Notes under the pieces: generated by a model
Told to the model about the DNA's origin: nothing
Databases searched by the model: none
The model's input: the letters and a program-made list of their open reading frames with translations, nothing else
Assembly (NCBI GenBank): GCA_028280065.1
Contig: JANQMN010000013.1
Location: 44,916-108,915, forward strand
DNA: 64,000 bases
From: Hahella sp.
GTDB taxonomy: Bacteria > Pseudomonadota > Gammaproteobacteria > Pseudomonadales > Oleiphilaceae
Reading direction: 5' to 3'
Part shown: one piece after another, positions 1-8,948 of the stretch
How the letters are laid out: every line of letters starts with the position of its first letter
Position numbering within the stretch: the stretch's first letter is position 1
Program-made: the position numbers and the translations under genes

Positions 1-100
1 AAAAATGTTCGGTCGAGTTCACTGATTAATCCCAAGCAGGTTCTACTATTTTTAATGGAAATCTGGCAGCCTAATATTTAACTGAACTTGGAAACTGAAA

Positions 101-595
101 ATGCTTAAGTTTGATCGAGGGAATCTGCGTTTTAACATGCGCAGCACAGCCGTAGTGATCCAGGACCAACACATACTCATTCATAAAACGCCTGCGGATT
201 CACACTGGTCATTGCCAGGAGGACGGGTTGAGTTTATGGAAACCTCCGATCATACGTTAGTACGGGAAATGCAAGAAGAGTTAGGCTGGCAGTGCCGGGT
301 TGAGCGCATGTTATGGTATGTCGAAAACTTCTTCTCGTATGACGAAATCAGTGTTCATGAGATAACCCAATACTATCTAATGAGTGCTAATGCGGCTAAC
401 TCAGTTAAATCGGAGACCGATTTCCGTGGAGTTGAACCGGGCCTCAAACAAATATTTAGATGGGTGCCGCTGTCCCGTATAGACGGATATGGTTTGAAGC
501 CGGATTTTCTCCGCGAACGACTCACCAACCTGCCTGAGACGATAGAGAGAATCGTTGTGATTGATGTTCCTACAGAACGTGTTCAGACGCTTTAG
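101..595 (+). CDS. NUDIX hydrolase
   Basis: Nudix box GGRVEFMETSDHTLVREMQEELG fits GX5EX7REUXEEXGU. Confidence 0.9.
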   Translation: MLKFDRGNLRFNMRSTAVVIQDQHILIHKTPADSHWSLPGGRVEFMETSDHTLVREMQEELGWQCRVERMLWYVENFFSYDEISVHEITQYYLMSANAANSVKSETDFRGVEPGLKQIFRWVPLSRIDGYGLKPDFLRERLTNLPETIERIVVIDVPTERVQTL

Positions 596-677
596 CTTGT
601 TGACGATTTTCAGATAGCCATGTTCTGATAGGACAATCAAAACCGCTTTACTTTGGTCGGAATAAAGGGGCGCTACA

Positions 678-1046
678 ATGCAAGTTCTTAGCATGCGATA
701 TTGCACGGTTACCAGCCAGTCGGAAGAAATGAAAACATTTTTCGATTCCTTGGGAATTTCCAGGTTGCCGTCAGAGGTGTTTAGCGAAGCGGCGGAAGGA
801 TTTTCTGGGGCTATTTTTCATGCGGGAGACAGCTGGTTGGAAATTTGGCAGGAGTCGGCGGATATGCCTGCTGGAACAATGCTGCAGATCGTCGTGGATG
901 ACGCGGATGCTTTTGCTGAATTTGCCAAGTCAAAAGGCCTGGAGCCGCAAGGTCCCATGGATGCGCATGGTGAACATATATACTTCTTTCAAGCCCCTAA
1001 TGGGTTGCAGTTATCCATACAATCGAAGATTTCTGAGAATTCCTAA
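678..1046 (+). CDS. VOC/glyoxalase-like family protein
   Basis: 122 aa with the VOC pattern (FFDSLG...LQIVVDDADAFAE...GEHIYFFQAPNGLQLSI). Confidence 0.7.
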   Translation: MQVLSMRYCTVTSQSEEMKTFFDSLGISRLPSEVFSEAAEGFSGAIFHAGDSWLEIWQESADMPAGTMLQIVVDDADAFAEFAKSKGLEPQGPMDAHGEHIYFFQAPNGLQLSIQSKISENS

Positions 1047-1058
1047 GGAAGCCAGAGA

Positions 1059-1439
1059 GTGATTTATCAAGGGAGCTGCCATTGTCAGGCCGTGATGTTT
1101 GAAGTCGAGGCACCGGAGCAGTTGGAAGCGGATTTGTGTAACTGTTCCATCTGTAAAAAATCCGGATACTTACATCTCATTGTACCCAAATCGCGTTTTC
1201 GCCTGGTTAAAGGGGAAGATCATTTGCTTACCTATACCTTTAATACCGGCGTTGCCAAGCATACATTTTGCGGAGTTTGCGGTATCAAACCCTTTTATAT
1301 TCCCCGGTCCAATCCTGATGGTGTCGATGTTAATGTTAACTGCCTGGACACGGAACCAACCTCTGTCAATATAGTACCTTTTGACGGGCAAAACTGGGAG
1401 CTGCATGCCCACAAACTGGCAAGTAAAAGCCAGGAGTAG
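1059..1439 (+). CDS. GFA/CENP-V family Zn-binding protein
   Basis: GSCHC, CNCSICKK and FCGVCG cysteine motifs are typical of the GFA family. Confidence 0.9.
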   Translation: MIYQGSCHCQAVMFEVEAPEQLEADLCNCSICKKSGYLHLIVPKSRFRLVKGEDHLLTYTFNTGVAKHTFCGVCGIKPFYIPRSNPDGVDVNVNCLDTEPTSVNIVPFDGQNWELHAHKLASKSQE

Positions 1440-1663
1440 TCGGGCTAAGGAGACAAATCATGTTTGATATCGTTAATTATCCACCGTTTTTGGCTTTGGA
1501 CTTAAACTTGCTGTGGATAATGCTTGACAGCCGTAACAAGTGGCAAGGTTGCGAATTGGCAACTATGGATTAGCCCTTATGACTAGCGGATAATTCGTAT
1601 TACCTGATCAAGGATCAGAACGTATTCTACTGGACGTGAACACCAATACAGGGAGGGTTCACT

Positions 1664-1885
1664 ATGAAAAAGAAGCAGTCAGGATGTCCTCATTGCGGTG
1701 CCAACAGCATTGCAGAGTGGTATGTACTTCCGGCCACCACCCAACATAATGAACCTGGTTTCCCGGAGACGGCATTGTTGGAATGTTTGGCCTGTTATCG
1801 CACTTTTCCGGATCGACGAATTGGACGCCGCCCTGAATTACCCACTGGCAGCAGCATTGCTCATTCCTCCCCGGCCCTTTTTTGA
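1664..1885 (+). CDS. small putative Zn-ribbon protein
   Basis: CPHC...CLAC pair; Shine-Dalgarno-like GGGAGG upstream of the ATG. Confidence 0.45.
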   Translation: MKKKQSGCPHCGANSIAEWYVLPATTQHNEPGFPETALLECLACYRTFPDRRIGRRPELPTGSSIAHSSPALF

Positions 1886-1897
1886 GTCGGCTAATGA

Positions 1898-2746
1898 TTA
1901 AGTACTGAACTCTTTCAGTACCACTTTAGCTACCTGTTCAGGCGCTGCTAACACCATGTTGTGCTGCAGCTTCGGCATCACAACATAGTTGTGCTCAGGC
2001 ATCAGGGATCGAATTTGGTCGATATCGGATTGCGGAATAACCTTATCCTCGGTTCCCCACAGCACCGTCAAATTCCCGCCATACTTTTCCAAAGCCCGGT
2101 AGTGCGCGCTTTGATCGTCGAGCGCGCCGTCCTGCTCGATTCCCAGCATGGCCCGCCAGCGATAGCGTTGACCGAATTGTTCAGCATATAGCTGTGCCAA
2201 CCGGGGTTGGCCGATGGCTTGATATCTGGTTTTGCGCCTATGCAGTAAGTAGGGCATGCCGATAAAGCGCATAAATAGGCGATTTAACCCAGGGATTCGA
2301 AGAATGGGTCTAAACGGATTGCTACGGCTGAAGTTCAGCATCGGTGCTGTCATTACCGTGTGTCGAGACCATCCGGGATGAATGCTGAGTACGCCGGCGG
2401 TTATTGCAGCGCCCATGGAGTGGGCCAACCAGCAGGATTGGTCCGGTACGGCGAGAGCTTCCATCAACTCGCAACACTGTCGAATAAACAAAGACAAGTC
2501 GTAGCGGCAGTCGGGTAGCGCCGAGTTGCCGTGACCGAACAGGTCATAGCGCAATACACGATATCCGGCTGCAGCTAGATATGGCGTTATTCGGTCGAAC
2601 TCCCAAAGACCTACCGTTGCCCCGTGCACGATTACCAAAGTTGGCCCTTGTTCCGGACCGTCCAGTTGATAAAAGGTGTTACCGTCGCTTAGCGCGATAA
2701 ATCCGATCTTGCTTTTAGCGTCGTTCAAAATCTGCGTGTTTTCCAT
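1898..2746 (-). CDS. alpha/beta fold hydrolase
   Basis: HG oxyanion motif (VHGATVG), YDLFGHG, nucleophile elbow AHSMG, C-terminal WGTED...H. Confidence 0.85.
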   Translation of the reverse strand: MENTQILNDAKSKIGFIALSDGNTFYQLDGPEQGPTLVIVHGATVGLWEFDRITPYLAAAGYRVLRYDLFGHGNSALPDCRYDLSLFIRQCCELMEALAVPDQSCWLAHSMGAAITAGVLSIHPGWSRHTVMTAPMLNFSRSNPFRPILRIPGLNRLFMRFIGMPYLLHRRKTRYQAIGQPRLAQLYAEQFGQRYRWRAMLGIEQDGALDDQSAHYRALEKYGGNLTVLWGTEDKVIPQSDIDQIRSLMPEHNYVVMPKLQHNMVLAAPEQVAKVVLKEFST

Positions 2747-2797
2747 CCGCGCAGTCTGTCGCCATTAGGCTGCAGATTTATGACAGGGATGAACTGG

Positions 2798-3880
2798 TTA
2801 ACGGATATCATCCGGGAATAAGGAAAGCTGAATCGCCTGGCTGGTATCCTTTAACGGCTTTAACCGGACGCCCATGCCAAGCAGCCTCACTGGTTTCTTG
2901 CCTCTTGTCCAGGCGCTCTTCATCAAGTTTTCGAAGCGGTTTATCAGGTTCCAAGGCTCGGTCGGGAGAAGGGTTTCCTCCAGCGTGGTTTGGTTAAAGT
3001 CGGCGAATTTCACTTTCACGAAGCGTTTGGTTACCTGATAAGTTGCCTGGATTTTTTCAAACCTTTGTTCCAGTTCTTCATAAATGCCTGGGCAATGGGC
3101 GATGATCGCATCCAGGCCCGGTAAGTCTTGGTCGTAGGTGTGTTCCGTGGAAAGTGATTTGCGAATCCGTTGCGGACTCACAGCGCGATCATCGTTACCA
3201 CGTGCCAGCTCAAAAAGCCGAGCGCCATAACTGCCAAAGTGTTCGCTGAGTTCCGCTATTGAAAAACGCTGCAAATCTCCGCAAGTATGAATCCCCAGTT
3301 TTTCCATTTTGGCCGCAGTGACTTTGCCGACACCGTTGATACGTTTCACCGGCAAGTCGATGATAAAGGCATCAACATCGTTCGGCTTTATTACACAAAG
3401 CCCATCCGGTTTGTTCCAATCGCTGGCAACCTTGGCGAGAAACTTGTTCGGTGCGACACCTGCGGATACAGTGATGTGCTGTGACTGCCGAATGGTTTGA
3501 CGGATTTGCTCTGCAATTAGCGTCGCTGAACCTTTGCATTGGCTGGAACCCGTAACATCCAAATAGGCTTCGTCAAGAGAAAGGGGTTCCACCAGGTCAG
3601 TGTAGCTATGAAAAACTTCCCGCATTTTGTGCGAAACCTGGCGGTAGAGTTCAAACCTTGGTTTGATGAAAACCAATTGGGGACAAAGCCGCAATGCCTG
3701 TGAAGAAGGCATGGCGGAATGCACGCCATAGGTTCTGGCATGGTAATTACAGGTGGCGATCACCCCACGCCCGGTGGGACTTCCCCCCACTGCGACGGGT
3801 AAATCAGCGAGTTCCGGTTTTTCCCGTATCTCCACCGAGGCGTAGAAAGAGTCGGCGTCAATATGAATAATTTTTCGCAT
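2798..3880 (-). CDS. dinB: DNA polymerase IV
   Basis: RKIIHIDADSFYASVE, SLDEAYLDV, NKFLAKVASDWNKPDG Y-family motifs. Confidence 0.97.
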   Translation of the reverse strand: MRKIIHIDADSFYASVEIREKPELADLPVAVGGSPTGRGVIATCNYHARTYGVHSAMPSSQALRLCPQLVFIKPRFELYRQVSHKMREVFHSYTDLVEPLSLDEAYLDVTGSSQCKGSATLIAEQIRQTIRQSQHITVSAGVAPNKFLAKVASDWNKPDGLCVIKPNDVDAFIIDLPVKRINGVGKVTAAKMEKLGIHTCGDLQRFSIAELSEHFGSYGARLFELARGNDDRAVSPQRIRKSLSTEHTYDQDLPGLDAIIAHCPGIYEELEQRFEKIQATYQVTKRFVKVKFADFNQTTLEETLLPTEPWNLINRFENLMKSAWTRGKKPVRLLGMGVRLKPLKDTSQAIQLSLFPDDIR

Positions 3881-4016
3881 GCGGTCGTGGTAATTCGCAG
3901 GGATTTGTTAAAACTTTCAAACTAGCTATAGGGTTAACTACTGCTTGTACATCGGGCACGGGTAACTTAACCTCGCACTCCTTTTAATTTAGTTTCCCGG
4001 ATGCGAAAAACAAGCT

Positions 4017-5381
4017 ATGGATCGAGCCAAGTTTATTGAAGTATTCAAATTGTCAGCGCCACTCAGTGCTGCGCAGTTTGCGCAATCGGCGATGATATTC
4101 AGCGATACCGTACTCTTCGGCCTATTGGGTGTTACTGAGCTTGCCGGAGGAGGTCTTGGGGCAGGCGTTTACCATTTTTTCGTTATTGTCATCACCGGGA
4201 TATTTTCCGCCCTCAGTGCGGAAGTGGCCATTCTGGCGGGCAAAGAAAATACCGATGGCATTGCCAGGGTGTTCAAGGCGGGCTTGGTGATGGCGCTACT
4301 GCTGGCTTTGCTGCTCGGTTTTTTACTGCAATTCGGTGAACCGTTTTTAGCGTTCGCGGAGCAACCTGAAGCGGCGTTGGATTTTGCCGACGCCTATTTA
4401 TCCGGTGCCGTCTGGATTTCATTTCCGGCATTTCTATTTCTTGCCTTACGGGGCTTGGCGGTCGGTATGGGGTATACCACCGGCATAATGCGCATCAGCT
4501 TTTTGGCTATCCTGATCAATGTGCCGGTCAGCTATGTCCTAATGACCGGCTGGGGCGGACTCCCGGAGTTGGGCGTTTTTGGTGTTGCCATGGGGACCGT
4601 GGTGGGCAGTAGTTTCATGTGTGTGATGTTGCTGCGGGATCTATGGAACAAATCCGATATCAGAACGCTGCTGCAAAAAATCCCCATACTCGAACTGCGT
4701 AGGCAGGATTTCAGCGCATTTTGGTTGTTGGGCGTCCCCATTGCCTTGGCCTGGACGATGGAGGCGGGAGTCTTTACCGCGGCAACGCTGCTTGCCGGCA
4801 CCATAAGTGTCGCCGCACTCGCGGCCCACCAAATAGCCCTACAGACCGCGTCAATGGCATTTAACATTTACATCGGGTTCGCCCAGGGGGCGGCGATTCG
4901 CACCGGACAGAGTTATGGACAGGGTGATTATCTCAAGGTTCGGCAGTATACCTGGACGGGGTTAGTCTTAGGCTTTGCATTTTGCATTGGTGCTGCACTG
5001 CTGTTTGTCCTGTTACCGGAACCGATCATCCGCCTGTTTACCTTGGGGGCTCAAGGAACACTTGACCGGGAAGTGCAACAGTTGGGCGTCGGCCTGCTAA
5101 TGATTGCCGCCCTATTTCAACTGGTCGATGGTGGGCAAGTAATAATGATGACAGCGCTGCGTGGCTTGCGCGTCGGCATGCCGCCCACTCTAGTATCGAT
5201 TGTCAGTTATTGGGTTGTGGGTTTCCCTATTGCCTGGGCGCTGATGGGGCCGTTTGGCGTTTTGGGTATTTGGGCAGGATTAGGCTTGGGGCTTGGCTTT
5301 GCTTTTGTTTGTTTGGTGGTCATGTTCATTCGAAAAGTTCGGCAATTGGAAATGCGAGAAAACTTGTCAGCCGTTGTTTAA
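4017..5381 (+). CDS. MATE family multidrug efflux transporter (NorM-like)
   Basis: About 12 hydrophobic segments; LGVPIA...MEAGVF, AAHQIALQ and FQLVDGGQV MATE motifs. Confidence 0.92.
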   Translation: MDRAKFIEVFKLSAPLSAAQFAQSAMIFSDTVLFGLLGVTELAGGGLGAGVYHFFVIVITGIFSALSAEVAILAGKENTDGIARVFKAGLVMALLLALLLGFLLQFGEPFLAFAEQPEAALDFADAYLSGAVWISFPAFLFLALRGLAVGMGYTTGIMRISFLAILINVPVSYVLMTGWGGLPELGVFGVAMGTVVGSSFMCVMLLRDLWNKSDIRTLLQKIPILELRRQDFSAFWLLGVPIALAWTMEAGVFTAATLLAGTISVAALAAHQIALQTASMAFNIYIGFAQGAAIRTGQSYGQGDYLKVRQYTWTGLVLGFAFCIGAALLFVLLPEPIIRLFTLGAQGTLDREVQQLGVGLLMIAALFQLVDGGQVIMMTALRGLRVGMPPTLVSIVSYWVVGFPIAWALMGPFGVLGIWAGLGLGLGFAFVCLVVMFIRKVRQLEMRENLSAVV

Positions 5382-5399
5382 ACAAAACACATGGTAGGC

Positions 5400-6875
5400 T
5401 TAAGAGAAAATATCCTTGTGGGTATAGTCAGGTGGGCAAATAATACAGTTACCATCCAAGGCCTTCGCTTTGTACATGGCTCTATCGGCTTCTTTCAATA
5501 CACTGTCGATAGTCGTATTGCGGCCATCAATCAAGGCGATGCCAATGCTCGCGCGGATCCATTTTTCAGCTCCATCAAGCTTGAAACCCGGTTGCAGGCT
5601 TTTTAGCACCTTCACGGCAACCCGCGTGGCATCCTGAAGCATGGACATGGAATCGTCCGAGGAACTTTCTAAAAGCACGACAAATTCGTCACCGGCGAGC
5701 CTGGCAAAAAGGTCGGTTTCACGCAAAGACTCCCGAATACGCTCAACCACCTTTTTCAAGGCTATATCGCCGACGGAGTGTCCAAGTGAATCGTTAATAT
5801 CTTTGAAGTTATCTAAATCCAAATATAGCAAGGCACCAAATGTGCCATAGCGAGACTGTTTGGCAATCGACTGTTTCAGGTGATCTTGCAGGAGCCGCCG
5901 ATTGGGCAACTCGGTGAGGGCGTCGTAATAGGCTAATAGTTCGATTTGCTGTTCAGCTTGTTTGCGTTCGGTTATGTCTCTGGCCATCCATAAGACGTGC
6001 CGCTTCTCCGGGTGGCCGGGCAAGTAATTTTTGATCGCGGTAACTCGGCCTTCAAATACCCGGCTTCCCTTTGCTACATCAAGCGGATATTCAACGATTT
6101 GCACCTGGTCAGTCGCCAATACATTGCCAATCGTCTTTGCAACCAACTCCGCCATTGCTTCTCTAACTCCCTGATTTACATGCTTACCGACCATTTCCTC
6201 GGATGCATTGACCAGTAGGCTATGGTCGGCACCGTAAATGTCGACATAGAATCCTTCTTCGCTTATCACCAAACCTAGGTCGGGCATGACCGATGTCAGT
6301 GCTTTCAGTTTTTCGTGAGCTAACGCGAGTTCTGAAGAGAGCTTTTTTTCCCGTTTTTCACTTTGGTTTTTCTCGATGGCCAGACTCGAAATATGGCTGA
6401 ATCGGCTGATCAAATCCAAGTCGTTCCGGGAAGGCGTTCTCGGGGTGGGGTAATAAACCGCGAAACTGCCGAGTACTGTCTGATTGGACGAAAAGATTGG
6501 CGTTGACCAGCAAGCCTGCAAACCGTATTTGAATGCCAAGTCCTTGAAGTCGTGCCAAAGTGGGTCCGTGGCAATATCGGAAACAATTATCTGTTTTTTG
6601 GTGGTAACGGCTGCGCCACAGGAACCGACTGTTGGGCCAATGACGACCCCATCGGTCAAGTGGCAATATTCCGGATCAATAGAAGGGGCCGCACCATGAT
6701 GTAGCCGATTCCCTTCAAGCAGCAGGATAGAACTCTTAGCGTCCGGAGATTCGATAGTTGATTCGATGAGCTCGCAGATGGAATGGAGGCACTCATTTAA
6801 ACGAGCTCCCAGGGCAATTTTTTCGATGAGCGCCTGCTGGGCATCAAGTAGTTGACTGAATCGTTCATTGGCCAT
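5400..6875 (-). CDS. GAF-PAS-GGDEF diguanylate cyclase (AGDEF variant)
   Basis: GAF (CWSTPIFS...LGSFAVY), PAS (DITERKQAE), YYDALTELPNRR, LDLDNFKDINDSLGHSVGD, RLAGDEF. Confidence 0.9.
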   Translation of the reverse strand: MANERFSQLLDAQQALIEKIALGARLNECLHSICELIESTIESPDAKSSILLLEGNRLHHGAAPSIDPEYCHLTDGVVIGPTVGSCGAAVTTKKQIIVSDIATDPLWHDFKDLAFKYGLQACWSTPIFSSNQTVLGSFAVYYPTPRTPSRNDLDLISRFSHISSLAIEKNQSEKREKKLSSELALAHEKLKALTSVMPDLGLVISEEGFYVDIYGADHSLLVNASEEMVGKHVNQGVREAMAELVAKTIGNVLATDQVQIVEYPLDVAKGSRVFEGRVTAIKNYLPGHPEKRHVLWMARDITERKQAEQQIELLAYYDALTELPNRRLLQDHLKQSIAKQSRYGTFGALLYLDLDNFKDINDSLGHSVGDIALKKVVERIRESLRETDLFARLAGDEFVVLLESSSDDSMSMLQDATRVAVKVLKSLQPGFKLDGAEKWIRASIGIALIDGRNTTIDSVLKEADRAMYKAKALDGNCIICPPDYTHKDIFS

Positions 6876-7115
6876 GGATGAAACCCGGGAAGTGAATCAA
6901 GCTACTTCGAAAGTGATTCAGTTCCCAGTATAGCGAACAGGTCTCAGAAAGCACTGTTTTCGCGCTTTTCAGGTAAAATGTAATGCCAGTCGGTCGTTAC
7001 AGGATGGAGTTTCTAGCTGTTTAGAGCCTGTATGTCCCGGAAATATTCAGCTCGCCCAGAGACGCTTCCGATCCTTGTTGATAGACATTTTCGGCTGCGG
7101 CCTTGTTGCAGACAT

Positions 7116-7139
7116 AAAAAAACCGGCTGTTTAGCCGGT
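7116..7139 (-). terminator. Rho-independent terminator after tRNA-Asn
   Basis: ACCGGCT/AGCCGGT stem followed by a U-run on the minus strand. Confidence 0.75.
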
Positions 7140-7151
7140 CTTCAAAATTGA

Positions 7152-7227
7152 TGGCTCCCCGAGCTGGACTCGAACCAGCGACCCAATGATTAACAGTCAT
7201 TTGCTCTACCAACTGAGCTATCGGGGA
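7152..7227 (-). tRNA. tRNA-Asn(GTT)
   Basis: Reverse complement TCCCCGATAGCTCAGTTGGTAGAGCAAATGACTGTTAATCATTGGGTCGCTGGTTCGAGTCCAGCTCGGGGAGCCA: cloverleaf, GTT anticodon, encoded CCA. Confidence 0.98.
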
Positions 7228-7355
7228 ATAGCGCCGTCTTGCATTCCGCAAGGGATATCGACAAGAGGCGCGTATATTAATGGGCTTTTTTTTATCGGTC
7301 AAGCCCTTTGTTCGAGATATTTAATCCGGTTGGAATCGGATAAAAAATGCCCGAA

Positions 7356-8540
7356 TCAGCCTAACGCTTTTGCCAATCGATCTATGGCTTTTTCCAGATT
7401 TTCCATACTGGTGGCGAAGGATAATCGCAAGTGTCCTGGGGTGCCAAATGCCGATCCGGGCACCATGGCGACTCCCGCGTTATTCAAGAGGTATTCGGCG
7501 AATTCAACATCCGAGCTGATACCGTCGAGCTTTGCCATTGCGCCATGGAAACCCGGGAAGGCGTAAAAAGTCCCGTCGGCCGCCAGACATTCCACGCCGT
7601 CGATTTTATTCAGGGCATCCACGACATAGTCATGGCGTTTTTTGAACTCCGTGACCATCATCTTGACGCAATCCTGAGAGCCATTGAGAGCGGCCACGGA
7701 AGCCGCTTGGGAAATGGAAGTCGGGTTGGAGGTACTTTGCGACTGGATCTTTTTCATCGCCGCGATGACGGGTTGCGGTCCTGCCGCGTAGCCAATACGC
7801 CAGCCGGTCATCGAATAGGCTTTGGAGACGCCGTTTAACACAAAAGTCCGGTCATAAAGCTCGGGGCAGACCGTTAGAATATTGTCGAACTTGGCGTCGT
7901 CAAACAGAATATGCTCATACATATCATCGGTGGCGATGCAGACATGGGGGTGCTGGAGGAGAACTTCGGCAATCGCTTTCAGTTCATCGGCGGTATAGGC
8001 CATTCCTGTCGGATTTGAGGGGCTATTGAGAACGAACAAACGGGTTTTCGGCGTAATTGCCGCGGCAACCTGTTCCGCCGTCACCTTGAAGCGGTTGCCG
8101 GCATCGGCCGAGATGATTACCGGCCTACCTTCCGCAATTAAAGTCATGTCCGGATAGGAAACCCAGTAAGGCGCTGGAATGATCACTTCGTCACCCGGAT
8201 TCAACATCGCCAGAGCCAGATTGAAAAAGCTCTGCTTACCGCCACAGGAAACCAGGATTTGCTTGGGCTCGTAAGAAAAACCATTGTCCCGTTGAAACTT
8301 GTCAATAATGGCTTGCTTCAGCGCGGGAGTACCGTCGACTGGCGTATATTTAGTCTGCCCGGCCCTCAGTGCCTCAATGGCTGCTTCTTTAATATGTTCG
8401 GGAGTGTCGAAGTCAGGCTCGCCGGCACCCAAGCCGATGATATCTTTTCCGGCAGCACGCAGTTCTGCAGCCCGCGTGGTGACAGCCAGAGTGGGGGAGG
8501 GTTTGATCGCTTTCACGCGACTAGAAAGTTCAATGTCCAA
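7356..8540 (-). CDS. aspC: PLP-dependent aspartate aminotransferase (class I)
   Basis: GAGEPDF, NSPSNPTG, DDMY, SKAYSMTGWRIG; the likely start is the TTG at 8540 behind GAGGA (the track starts at 8549). Confidence 0.9.
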   Translation of the reverse strand: MDIELSSRVKAIKPSPTLAVTTRAAELRAAGKDIIGLGAGEPDFDTPEHIKEAAIEALRAGQTKYTPVDGTPALKQAIIDKFQRDNGFSYEPKQILVSCGGKQSFFNLALAMLNPGDEVIIPAPYWVSYPDMTLIAEGRPVIISADAGNRFKVTAEQVAAAITPKTRLFVLNSPSNPTGMAYTADELKAIAEVLLQHPHVCIATDDMYEHILFDDAKFDNILTVCPELYDRTFVLNGVSKAYSMTGWRIGYAAGPQPVIAAMKKIQSQSTSNPTSISQAASVAALNGSQDCVKMMVTEFKKRHDYVVDALNKIDGVECLAADGTFYAFPGFHGAMAKLDGISSDVEFAEYLLNNAGVAMVPGSAFGTPGHLRLSFATSMENLEKAIDRLAKALG

Positions 8541-8622
8541 GGCACACATTCCTCTTTGGTAGGGTTGAAAGAGCGGGTTAGGAAAACGCTATTAATCAGC
8601 AAGAACTGCTTGTGATATTCTA

Positions 8623-8886
8623 GGCTCTGTTGACATTTGGTTGTTGCCTCTGCTGGAAGCCATTTTTTGTTCAACAAGGCGGCAGGGAGCGTAGTGTAGT
8701 TATTCTACATAAGCGACTGACAACGTAGGTGGACGAAAAATGGCTTCCAGCCCTCTGGGTTGAGTCTAAATTTCCATCACTCGTTGTTACTCGTCGCTCA
8801 TTTGGAATAACCAAACCACGCTCCTCGTGCCTAGATTGATGAAAATTTAGTCTCAACAGAGGTAACAACCAAATGTCAACAGAGCC
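8623..8886. mobile_element. MITE (264 bp, non-autonomous)
   Basis: 30-bp terminal inverted repeats GGCTCTGTTGACATTTGGTTGTTRCCTCTG (8623-8652 and 8857-8886, 29/30 match), TA on both flanks, two internal long hairpins, no transposase. Confidence 0.85.
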
Positions 8887-8948
8887 TAGGAGTCTATATG
8901 ACACTGTTGCAATCTTACCATTACCAATAGGACTTGTAAGTTCACGGC

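Noticed and set aside
3881-4016. LexA/SOS box upstream of dinB (and of uvrB at 8887-8948)
   Set aside because: I found no CTG-N10-CAG in either region.
7065-7116. Short imperfect direct repeat CCTTGTTG(AT/C)AGACAT twice, downstream of tRNA-Asn
   Set aside because: Two short degenerate copies only; no array or att context supports a function.
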